Positions 1 to 13,013 of a DNA stretch of 64,000 nt are shown piece by piece. The stretch is from the human T2T-CHM13v2.0 reference genome, Homo sapiens. The notes beneath the pieces are model-generated. The model made no database searches. It was given only the letters and a program-made list of their open reading frames with translations, and had not been told where the DNA came from. Positions within the stretch are counted from its first letter, which is position 1. Every line of letters starts with the position of its first letter. Both the position numbers and the translations under genes were made by a program. Location of the stretch: assembly GCF_009914755.1 (NCBI RefSeq), contig NC_060940.1. One strand, 5' to 3'.

Positions 1-603
1 GCAGCCCTTCCCAGCCATCTCCAGGGAGGTCCACACACAACCTTTGGGTTAATTTCAGAGAAGGTCAGGCATCCAGTGGTGAGCAATGCGTTACTCATCA
101 CTCTGCCACAACGCCCAGTCCATTACCGCATCCTGACAGTTTCACCTCCGAAATAGTTCTCAGAACTGTTCACGTCTCTGCATTTCCACGAATCCAGCCT
201 GGTCTCTCCACACGGCAATTGGCTCCTACCTGGTTCCTCCTCTACTCTGGCCCCCTCTCAGCCATCACACCACTCAGCAGTCAGCGTGGGGCTTTCAAAC
301 TCCAAGCCAGGCTGTGTGCTGCTCCGCTCGGAATCCACCATCCCTACAAACCCAGCACGTGGCCACGAAACCTCTGGTTTCTGTTTCCCCCAGATCTCTG
401 CTCCCCCATCACGTTCACTTTCAATGGGTTTCTCCACTGTGCCCCACAGCCTCTGGCCATGTGACTTTTGCACATGCTGTTCCCTCTGACTGGATCACTC
501 TTCTTACCCCAGCCTATGACCTGGGGCTCCTTAAACCTCCTGTCCTTTCCCCTATAAAGCTTCCCTCAACCCACAAAGCACAGCCAGTTCCTTTGTCTTG
601 CAA

Positions 604-930
604 GGAGGCAACACAGTGTAGTGGCCATAAGCATAAAAGCTGGTGTCGGTTCAAATCCCAGCCCAACCCCTTAATAGAATGGCTGTGTGACTGTGGGCAA
701 GGTTGTTTTGTTTTGTTTTGTTTTGTTTGAGACAGAGTGTCGCTCTATTGCCCAATCCAAGCAAGTTTCTTAACCTCTCTGAGCTTCAGTTCCCACCTCT
801 ATAAATGGAGACAACCATAAAATCAACCCTGCAGGGCTGTTTTAGGGACTAGCTGAGTTAAGAGAGTAATAGACCCCTCTTGGGGCACAGCCTAGCACAG
901 GAGTACTATACAAGCATTCACGGTTGCTGT
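604..930 (+). mobile_element. MIR SINE, interrupted by a tiny Alu fragment
   Basis: MIR core ggctgtgtgactgtgggcaag...ttaacctctctgagcttcagt...tataaatggag; ends approximate. Confidence 0.75.
702..754 (-). mobile_element. Extremely 5'-truncated Alu (3' end plus tail)
   Basis: (TTTTG)n tail followed by gagacagagtgtcgctctattgccca; gcaag repeated on both sides. Confidence 0.8.
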
Positions 931-1020
931 GGATACATTTCTAACTTATCTCTGTTTGTAACCTTATCCTTGTTGGTGTGATCATTTGATTACTTTTGTC
1001 TTCTTCCATACACTCTAGGC

Positions 1021-1186
1021 CAGGGTTTTCCTAACTTCACGGGCATTTGGGATGGGCAACTCTGTTGCAAGAGCTGTCCTGTACATTGTAGGACAATCTC
1101 GTCATTGGATGCCAGTAGCACCTCCGTCGTTGTGACAACCATAAATGTCTCCAGACTTGACCTGGTGTCCTGGTACAGACCCCTGC
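1021..1186 (-). mobile_element. MER20 (hAT-Charlie) DNA transposon
   Basis: ctgtcctgtacattgtagga...gatgccagtagcacc...gttgtgacaaccataaatgtctccagac matches the reverse complement of MER20. Confidence 0.85.
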
Positions 1187-1234
1187 TCTGGACTCTAGAA
1201 CAGCAAGGAACATTGATCGTCTTCTCCAACAACT

Positions 1235-1580
1235 CTTCCCAGCCCCTAGCACAGTGCCTGGTCTCAGGCAGCTGTTCGTTAAGTGTATTTTAAGTGAACA
1301 AAAGCATGAATAAATGAATGCACACCAAAAGGTTCTGTAATATAAGGACCTCAGGAGATATGAAATCAGAAGATCTAGGTTCAAGTTCTGCTTCCACTCC
1401 TCCTAGAGGGGTCACCAAAGGCAAATTATTGTCTCCTCAGAGCCTCAGTTTTCCCATCTGTGAAATGGGAGTGGCAATCATTATCATGATCCCCTTCCCA
1501 TCACAGGGAGTGCGCTAAGGCTCAGATGAACAATGAAGTCCTTTATAAACTGCTGAGTGCTGTGCAGATGAGCAGGTTAT
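1235..1580 (+). mobile_element. L2 3' end followed by MIR
   Basis: cctagcacagtgcctgg...tgaataaatgaatg, then agcctcagttttcccatctgtgaaatggg. Confidence 0.7.
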
Positions 1581-3325
1581 AGTGCCTTCCCCCTTTTAAC
1601 CTGAAAGAATGGCTTTCCTCCTATCAGCCTGCTGCAGCCTGCCTTGTCTGGAAGCATCTGGGTTGTGACGGGGCATGGGCGTGTAATATATGTGGTACAT
1701 AAGGAAGATAATACATCCCTTCATCTCCCTTTTAATACGGCTGTAAATATGTCTTATGGGGGAGATAATAGAGATATGGCGCACATAATGGGGATGATGG
1801 ATCAGACCGATAAGATCTCACACTTATCACGAGGGCAGCTTGTCTGTCATTTCCCACATTATGGAGGGTGTCTTTGGTAGATTGTGGTGTCAAGTGTATT
1901 CTGAATTATGGGAAGCCCAGTGCACTTAATTACCTTATGTTTCTAATAAGGCGAGGAGCAGCGTAGTAGCGGGGAGAGAGCTGGGCTCCAGGGTTTTGCT
2001 GACCTAAGTTCATTCCCTGGCTGTGTGAGCTCAGGCACAGCATCTGCCCTCTCTGGGCTGCAGTCACCTCATCTGTTCAGTGGCTGTCACGGCACAATGG
2101 GACCTTTGAAAAGAATCTCCCTTTAGATGAAGGGCAAGGACAGGGAAAACAAGACAATTTTGTCCCCAGTAAATTCCAAGTACCTGTCAAATGTGCAAAG
2201 CGAGGTTGATTTTCAGGAAATGACTCCACCCAGGGGACTCAACGATTTGACTCCTAAAATGAATCAAAGCATATTCTTCTGCTTTTTGCTAGCTCCTTTG
2301 GGGTATCGGGCACAGTGGGTAGGACGTGGAGTTCAACCCAACAAACTAGGGGTTTGGCTCAAGTACCCTGGCCTCTCCTTTCATCACCTCAAAATGTAAA
2401 TTGGGAGTGATAAGTGCTTCTACGCTGGATGGTCATTGTCATGACCACATGGGAGTAACTGAGGTGTATCAACTGCTCAGCTCAATGCCAGGTCCACAGA
2501 AAACACTCAACTGGTGAAAAATATGTGTAAGACGTGGGAAGGCTTTTCCATCTGGTGACAGACTGTACCCTTCCTGTCCTCATGACAGTCCTCAGCCTCT
2601 TCCTAACAGAGCATAATGAAAAGCTACTGGATTTCCCAGCCCTGACACACAGACTTAAAGTTAAATTTGGGAGGTCTCCTCAAAGGCTCAAGCTACCCAA
2701 GGTTTGACAGGTCCATGTCTGGGAATATTGCAATAACTCAGGTTGGAGCCTAGAGTTGAGCCAGGACACTCTAACTACAGAGGCCAGGACCCAGGGCTGG
2801 CCAGTGAACCTCCAGATGCCTGAGTCCTCTCACTGAAAACCAGATCCCCAAGGAGGGTCCCACACTCACTCACTGCCCCTTGCCACCAAGCCTGAGGCCA
2901 CACCTCTGAACTCCAGCCCACTGAGCCAGCCTATGCCAGTGCCCCTCCCTGGGATGGCAAACCTGCCCCTCTCTGACCTCCTTTCCCCATCTGTAAAAGG
3001 AGATGCTCAGCTGGAAGAATTTCTAAAATGGTATTTAGGCTCCAAAATGCCATCATTTAAGTCTTTTTCGGGTCTCTGGTATATGCCTGACCATTAACCA
3101 GGAGTACCAAAGTATCGCACTTTCATGGGATTGAAATTTGATTAGGAACAGTGAAGAAATGCTCAAAGGGTGGCATTCCTGTAGGCAGAGAGGCCCTGGA
3201 GCCAGGCAGGCCTCAGCTATGCAAGCTGCCCATGGAGGTGGCAGTTCCTATGTATGCTTCTGCACTGGCGCCAGAAATTCAGTGTAGACTACTGGGTAAA
3301 AGTCTGATTCCTGGATTCAGATTAG

Positions 3326-3646
3326 GGACTGGGCGTGGTGGCTCATGCCTGTATTTCCAGCACAATGGGAGGCAGGCAGGAGGATTGCTTGAGCCCAGGA
3401 GTTCAAGACCAACCTGGACAAAATAGCAAGACCCTGTCTCTACAAAAAAAAAAAAAAACTTTTTAATTAGCCAGGCATCCTGGCACACACCTGTAGTCCC
3501 AGTTACTCAGGAGACTGAGGCAAGAGGATCACTTGAGCCAGAGAAGTCGAGACTGCCGTGAGCCATGATCATGCCACTATACTCCAGCCTGGGGGACAGA
3601 GCAAGATGCTGTCTCAGAAAAAAAAATAAAAATAAAAGTAAAATAA
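3326..3646 (+). mobile_element. AluJ
   Basis: Dimeric Alu with ggattgcttgagcccagg and A-rich tail. Confidence 0.93.
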
Positions 3647-4024
3647 GTATTATTTATTATACTTAATAATTTTAATTAATAAAAAATATTATTTATATAC
3701 TTCTTCTTATACTTCACCTGTTATTAATTATAAAACTATTATTTCTGTCATGTTAGCCATTGTTACATCCCCTGCCCTGCAATGGGTGCTCAGTTACTAC
3801 TGCAATAAAAGATAATAATGCTGTCTACCTCCCAGGGCTCTCCTGAAGATCAAATTAGATGATGCAAGTAAAAAGTGTTTTCACTCAGTGTCTGGCACAA
3901 TGCTTTGCATTAATGAAGATACACAACCTTCGTAGCAACAATTTTTTCAACAGAGCAAGGTATCCCTATATTGCAAACTCCAGCACGTCAAAATGAACTG
4001 GAAATCATGTTAAACTGGACATTG

Positions 4025-4350
4025 GTCTGAGAGGGAGGTGGGGGTGGCTATGAGAGGGTGACAACAGGAGATTTTTGTTGTTGGATCTTTTCAGTATCTT
4101 GGCTGTAGTAGTGGGCACACAAGCCTACATGTGATAAAACTGTACAGCACTTACTATACAGTACACACAAATGCAGGCACACACACAAATGAATACAAAA
4201 CCAAGAAAATCTCAGTAAGATCAGTAAATCGAATGAGTGTCAATGTCCTTGCTGTGATATTATTCTGTAGTTTTGGAAAATATTACCATTGGGGAAAAGT
4301 GGGAAGGCTCTGTGTTATTAATTACAACTGTACATGAATTTAGAGTTATC
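4025..4350 (+). mobile_element. Old L1M 3' UTR fragment
   Basis: tcagtatcttggctgtagtagtgg...ctacatgtgataaaactgtacag...gtcaatgtccttgctgtgatatt. Confidence 0.65.
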
Positions 4351-4357
4351 TCAAAAC

Positions 4358-4790
<433 letters not shown>

Positions 4791-5874
4791 TAGGGGAAAG
4801 GCTAAACTGCTATATCAAGAAGGCCCCGAAGAAGGCTCAAGAAGACAGAAATGTTGCATTCTTGTGATAGCCCCAGTGTGAACAATCCAGATTAGTGGGC
4901 AGAACCGGCTCCATAAATTCCTGCAAGGATCTGGGTTCTTTCTATGTATCGCCTCATCATTCCCTTACGTGCGTGGTTAGCTGTGTCTGGGAAAAAGGAA
5001 GGAGAGGAATTCCAATACAAGAAGCTTCTCTGGAAGCAGGTTAGGAGAAGGTTGCACTCAGCAAAGAAAGCATCTGGGATGGGCTCCATCCAGGAGCATC
5101 TCAGAGGAGAAGTGAGAGGCCACAGAGAAGGGATTGGAAGAACTCAGGGACATTTCGACACCTGTGCCACATCTCCTTTGATTCCTCTGTTACAGTCTTT
5201 TATTTTCCTTTGGATATGAGAGAAATAATAACTAAAATAAAAATGGCCCAAGGAGTGATTTCTGGAGCAAGTCTTCATGCGCTCTGCCCTGCCTGGGCTC
5301 TTCCTAGCAGGTCCCATTGAGTTCCTCCCCTCTCCAGCTCCCTTTCCCTAATTTTCCTCTGCCAGCACCTGGGCTGTCTACTTTCCAGATCCAGGGTCTG
5401 GGGAAAGCAAGATCACTCAGCAGGGTGACCCTGAGGCTGCAGGTTCTGGACTGGAGAGTAAGTCCACTTCAGCACAGTAGCTGTAAGGACAGTCAGACCC
5501 TTTTCTAGAGTCCACTGGACCCCTCTATTTGCTTTGCAGCGGCTTCCATTGTGCCACTTGTATTCCACAAGTTGCTGAAATATTTTATACACTAAATGAG
5601 TTAAGGTCATTAAACTTTCTTGGGAGATAGTTTCATGTGTTTTCTCAGAATCCATAAGCAAGCAAACCACCTAGGCTGTGCACAATTACAGGGAGCCCAG
5701 AGAAGCTCCTGGGCAGTGGGCCTGTTTTATTTCCCTTTGGAAATGTTTAACTCAGGTTGCCAAATTCCCTTCCATATGAGTTAGTGACAAATGTCTTAAT
5801 TAAAGTAAGGATGGTGAGCAGAGCAGCTTCATCTCCCTCTAAAATGAAGGATGGAGCAACAAGATGATACAACC

Positions 5875-6160
5875 AGCCAGGTGCATTGGATCACACCTAT
5901 AATCCCAGCACTTTGGGAGGCCAAAGTAGGAGATCTCTTGAGACCAGGAGTTCGAGACCAGCCTGGGCAACATGGTGAAACCCTGTCTCTTCAAAAAATA
6001 CAAAAAAAAATAGCTGGGTGTGGTGGTTTGTGCCTGTAGTCCAGCTTCTTGTGAGGCTGAGGTGGGAGGATTGCTCAAGCCCAGCAAGTCGAGGTTGCAA
6101 TGAGCCATGATCACACCAGTGCAACCTGGGGAACAAAGTGAAACCCTGTCCAAAAAAAAA
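5875..6160 (+). mobile_element. AluJ
   Basis: Diverged dimeric Alu with poly-A tail. Confidence 0.92.
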
Positions 6161-6519
6161 CCAGAAGAAGATACACAACCAATGGTAAATGGGAAAACTG
6201 GGTTTTAGTGATGACGATGATGATGATGACGACAATAAAATGAATGGATATAGCACTTGTTGGTTACATAATAGGCACCAGGATCTTACATTGTGTGTAT
6301 CCCATGATACATAATTGTATGCTACAAATGGAGACTCAGAGAAGGTCACACAGCTAGTAGGTGGTGCTGCCTGGACATTAATTCGGGTTTTGTACTCTTC
6401 AACTGTCTTGCAAAGCAACTGTCCAGTGCTAAATTCCAGCTCTCATGTGTATTTTTTTTTGACCCACAGAGTGCATTGACTTTTTGAATGGTTGCCAACA
6501 CTTAAATATTGGGGTTCTT

Positions 6520-7275
6520 CATCGCTAATTATTAGCGGAATGTAAATTAAAACCACAATGAGATACCACCTTACTCCTGCAAGAATGGCCATAATTAAAA
6601 CATCAAAAAAACAATAGATGTTGGCATGGATGTGGTGAAAAGAGAACACCTTTACACTGTTGGTAGGCGTGTAAACCAGTTCAACCACTACAGAAAACAG
6701 TATGGAGATGCCTTAAAGAACTAAAAAGAGAACCACTATTCGATCCTGCAACCCCATTCCTGGGTATCTACCAAAAGGAAATGAATTCATTATGTGAAAA
6801 AGACACTTTCACACGCATGTTTATAGCAACACAATTTGCAAAGATATGGAACCAACTTAAGTGCTCATCAACCAACAAGTGGATAAAGAGAATGTGGTAT
6901 AAATACACCATGGAATACTACTCGGCCATAAAAAGGAAGAAAATAATGTCTTTTGCAGCAACTTGGATAGAGCTGGAGGCCATTCTTCTAAGTGAAGTAA
7001 CTCAGAAATGGAAAACCAAATATTGTATGTTCCCACATATAAGTGGGAGTTAAGCAACAAAGATACAAAGGCATAGAATGATCTAATGGACTTTGGGGAT
7101 TTCGGAGAGAGAATTCTGAGAGGGAGATGAGGCATAAAAGACTACATGTTAGATACAGTGTACACTGTTCGGGTGATGGGTGCACTAAAATCTCAGAAAT
7201 TTTCACTTAAAGAACTTATTCATGTAATCAAAAACCACCCACATCCAAAAAACTATTAAAATAAAAATTTAAAAA
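6520..7275 (+). mobile_element. L1PB-type 3' fragment (end of ORF2 plus 3' UTR)
   Basis: ccaccttactcctgcaagaatggccataat; ORF 6781-7053 resembles the ORF2 C-terminus (YTMEYYSAIK); A-rich end. Confidence 0.88.
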
Positions 7276-8220
7276 TATGTGCTTTTTTCATATTACTGAA
7301 AAAGCATGCCAGTTTCTGGCTTTCCTTGGAAATTCACAACATCTGGCCCTGCCAAGGCCACAATCCCCACATGATAACTATGGTCCAGGGCCGTCCACCT
7401 TAGACCTGACTTGTATTCACCATTTCGCCAAAGTTCCTACCTGGGCCATTTCTCTGGTTGGGTCATAGGCTAGCCCACAGGCATTTGCGTTTAACTCTAC
7501 CACTTCTACAAGGGGCTATACCAGCTGGTGGCCGACCATCTGGCTGTTCAACACTGCAGAGTAACCTTCTTTCAACCCAAGGGTCAGAGACTGGCTTAGG
7601 GACCTCGTTGGCCTTCCAGATCCTGGGGAGGGCCTGCCGGGGGTAGGGTGCGGGTTGGGTCTGATGGGAGTCCAGACAACAGGTCCAGAAATCACCACGG
7701 CATTTCCTTTAAAAAGCGTGACATGAACTTAGATCAAACGATGAAATTGGTTTGGGAGGGGGCAGGTTCTGCTGGGATAAAACAATCTGCCTGGCATGAA
7801 CATGATCAATGCCTGCTCAGTGAATTCCCCCAGAAACTGTGAAACTGCATAAAAGATTTGATCAAAGTCTCCATCAGCCACCAAGCTGTAATGACTTCTG
7901 TGATTTTTCTTAACCGGATTTTAATTTTTATGTTTATTATTTGGGGACTGATGGAGCAGAGGAAATGCTTTAGCCTCTGAATTCTATTTTCATTCTCCTC
8001 CCGTGAAGCACTTTCAGAACTCGGGAAAACTCAATTGCAAAAGAAAAGCATTTGGTTCTCAGTGTTTCATGTTTTGTTCCCGTTCCCCGGGCTTGGAGAC
8101 AGCTCAGGAACTTAATTAAAATCAATGGAGAAAAAGAATTGAATAAATCACAACATGAATATCTCTGAAAGTCTGCATTATAGTGCAGCAGCATAGAGGT
8201 AAGAAAAAAAAAAGATGTTC

Positions 8221-8370
8221 CATTCCCTCTCTCCCTCTCTCCCTCTGGAAAAGAGAAAAATTAAAATTATCCCTGAGTGTACTTGATAGCTCTCTCCCTT
8301 TCTCTCTCTCCTCCTTTCTCTATAACTCCCTCTTTCTCTCTCTCTGTCTCTCTCTTTCTGTCTCTCCTCC
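8221..8370. repeat. CT-rich low-complexity tract
   Basis: ctctctccctttctctctc runs. Confidence 0.8.
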
Positions 8371-8456
8371 ACTAAGAGCAGAAATATAAGAAAGAAACTG
8401 TCAAGAAGTCGAAGGGTATGTACGGATCTGCCTCTCATTCCCAAGAGAAGTCACTA

Positions 8457-8816
<360 letters not shown>

Positions 8817-9669
8817 TTAATTGCACAGAAACACTGTGTAATATATTTGGCTTCAAAATACATTTGGCTTCCTCAAGCAACCCTACAAAGGAGTCGCGTT
8901 TAGCTCCATTTTGCAAATAGGGATAATCTCCCCCCAGTTTACCTGTGGCTGCAGATGTTCATCCTTCACCTTGAACTTGGCGAGCTTCCCTTCCCAAAAT
9001 AATCCAGTGATTCTCCGTAGGGCTTGTGGAAAAATCATTTTCAGGGAATCTGAATCACACACAGGAAGGGATGGGAAAGGACTCCATGAGGCCACCAGCC
9101 TGACCCCGTGCCTCTCAGCACAATTATACTCAAACCACTCTGTCCCCAAGAGAAGCAAGCTCATTCTTTCACAGCTCCAGAGGAGAAAATTCTCCTCCAG
9201 CCTTGAAAGTGCACTTAAGCTTCTAAGATTTCTCATTCTCCACGGAGCAGGGCTTGCTCAAATTTAATCCGAACCCTCCAGTCTGTGGGCTGCATCACGC
9301 TCTTAGGGTTAATCTGAGAATGAGTCATGGGCCTTTTTCCTCCCCTCATCCTTCCCTTCCTCCGTATTCCCCAAAGCTCTGCCCCCTTGCCTCCCAACAC
9401 AGGTAAAGCACTCAACCCAGTGGCTGGTGCAAAGCGCGTGTTTCATGAATATCAAGTCCACCCTTTTGTGTTTTCCTTCCACTGTGCCTAAGCTCCACGT
9501 TTCAGATGTGGCTGGCAACCACTGCCTGCTTAGAAAAGCTCACAGTCTAGAAAGAAAGACCGTATTTAAACAGGTAACTGCAATGCAGAGAGATTAGTGC
9601 AATAATAGATCCAAAACCACAGTAAGGTCTCAAGGAAGGACTTGCTCTGCCTTTTGCAGCCCGGGCTCC

Positions 9670-10080
9670 ATCATGTCACCACTTGCTTAAAACCTTCCCA
9701 TTGCCCTTAGAACAAAGGCTGGATCTCTGAGCCCTGTCTGATCAGAACCTGCATGGTGGTGGTGGCCTCATCTCTCACATCCCCATTCACTCTCTGAGCC
9801 CCAGCCACACTGCCTTAAGTATCCTCATGCAAACTATTCCTTCTTCCTGGAGTATTTCTGCCTCCATATTTCATCGGGCCAAATTCTCCTTCTCTGCTTA
9901 AATACCAGTTTCTCAGGAAGCCCTTCACTATCCACCCCTCCCAAATGCAGGTACGAGTCCCTCGCTGTACACTCAATCCGTGTAACACAAAACATATTTT
10001 CTCACTCACCACGTATGACATTAATCACTCATTGTCTATCTTTCCTGACAGACAGAAAGCATACCTGGGCAGGGAAGGCT
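9670..10080 (+). mobile_element. L2 fragments
   Basis: tcatgtcaccacttgcttaaaaccttcccattgcccttagaacaaag; tctcaggaagcccttc. Confidence 0.6.
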
Positions 10081-10194
10081 TCATAGAAGAGATGGTATTT
10101 TGTTTAGATCTTAAAATAAAATAGACTGATGGGAGAAGGGAGAAGTCAGGTAAAACGTGAACATAAAGGATGCTTCTGGGTTTGGATCATAGCA

Positions 10195-10645
10195 TGTGCA
10201 TTAGTGAACTATTGCCCCAATAACGCCTCATAACAAATCTCAAACTCAGTGGCCTACAGAAAGAAGCACTGTTTCCGTGCTCACAGGTCTGCAGATTGAC
10301 TGCATTTCAGCTGATCTAAGCTGCGCATTGCTGACAGCTCTGCCTTGAGATGCAGGTTGACTGTGTTAGCTCCAGGCTCCAGGCTGGCTCATGTCAGCTC
10401 CATATGTGTTTGTTCTGGACCCAGACTGAAGGGACCATGACCCCTGAATATCCATTGCTCATGGTGGATCACCTAAGGTCCAGAGGATGATCAAGAACAC
10501 GCAAAGCCCTTCAACCCTTGACTCAGCATGGGGACTCTATGAGTCTCCCGCCCCCATTCCATTGGCCAAAGCAAGCCACTAGTCCAAGCCCCAAATTGAT
10601 GGGATTGGAAAATGCTCTCCACCTACACTGGGAGGAACCACAGAC
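10195..10645 (-). mobile_element. MLT1-type MaLR LTR
   Basis: ataacaaatctcaaactcagtggc...cattccattggccaaagcaagcc...ccaagccc. Confidence 0.7.
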
Positions 10646-11312
10646 TCATATGGCAAAAAGCATGGATATATAGCTTAATACTGGAGAGTGTGAACAATTG
10701 CAAGAAGGATTCCATTTCTCACAGCAAGAGTGGGATGAGGAAGATGGAAGACTCCGAGATGGTACCCAGGTTTCTATTTTTGCAAGCGACTGAAATGTAT
10801 TCCATTCTCTAAGGTGGGAAGCAGGTGGGAGAGCACCTGAGGGCAGGGGAATATGAAGTTTTGTTTTGAGCACGCTGAGTGTGTAGTGCCCAAGGCACAC
10901 CCATGTAGAAAGGCCTGGCTTCCACTGGCCCCATAGGTTTCAAAGGGAAGGTCTGAGATAAAATTTGGCAATATCAATCGCCAAATTTGGTTGCCAAAGA
11001 TGACAACCAAAGCTTTGGAGGATGGAACTGTGCAGAGAGTGTGTGTGGGGCCCCTGACATCCCTGACTGGGAGCCCCGTCCCTGCCTTGTTTGCAGGTAG
11101 TAATGGCCACGTGACCAAGTTCCAGCTAATAACATGAAAGGAAGGATTTTCCTAGGAAAGACTGAAAGGCTCTTTCAGTAAACAGGCAGATACATGGAAA
11201 GAGATGCTAATGTTGCTCCTTATCACTGGCCCTGCCTTAAACACGATAGGATGCCTCCTGCTCCAGCATTTTCTCTCTGAGATTGATAAGCATAAGGAAG
11301 AAAGACTAAAAA

Positions 11313-11779
<467 letters not shown>

Positions 11780-12083
11780 GACTAATGAGCTAAAGAATGA
11801 GAAAAATGTGTAGAAAGAGCCTAGGTTTTTCATGACATCACTAGACAACCCTAAGCCCTCCAGAGGTCATTTCAAGGAAATGAGTATCTTTACAGTTTAA
11901 GCCACTATTACTCAAGCAATTTGCCATTCACAGGTAACTATGTTCCTAATTGATACAACAGCTATAGACTAAATGTGGGGAAATAACAACACATAATTAA
12001 AGGGTGGGCAAAAGAGAGAAAGTCAGTTAAACAGGCAGGAAAGGAAACAGAGACTGCTATCTTGGAATGTGGAAAGAATATCA

Positions 12084-12464
<381 letters not shown>

Positions 12465-12951
12465 TCACAAGCAGGAAGCCACTGATGTCCTTGAAGAACC
12501 TTTTTTTGCAGGGAGGAGAGAAATGGAGTGAAATATCACAAAGAATAAAGAGTGGGCATTTGGAAAGCATTAGAAGACATTCATCCCCTCTGTCTTTGGA
12601 CCTTATCCATGACTCAAGGGCAGAGGCTTATGGCCCAGAGCTGCCCATTTAGCCGAATCAAATCCCCCTAACCACAGACATTAGCTCAGAGGTTGACAGA
12701 GGCCCTAATTTGATCTAATCAAAGTATAATCTGAGCTTTTTGTTAGGTGACAAGAAGAGATACTTCCTTTTTTAAAAAAATTGTTACATATTTAATTTAG
12801 AAATATTGTTTAAATATCAAGGGAAGAAAAGATATTGCTTCCCATACAATGCAGTGAAAGATAAAGAGCAAAAGCTATTCCATAATGTTGAAATATTGTC
12901 ATTCTGTGATTAACACCCAGTGCATCACCCTAGTATTGCAGTGATTCTCTC

Positions 12952-13013
12952 TTTTTTTTTTTTTTTTGAGACAGAGTCTCGCTCTGTCACCCAGGAGCAA
13001 GACTCCGTCTCAA
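12952..13013. mobile_element. Fold-back Alu remnant (two opposed Alu 3' ends)
   Basis: (T)16 gagacagagtctcgctctgtcacccag joined to gagcaagactccgtctcaa. Confidence 0.85.
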
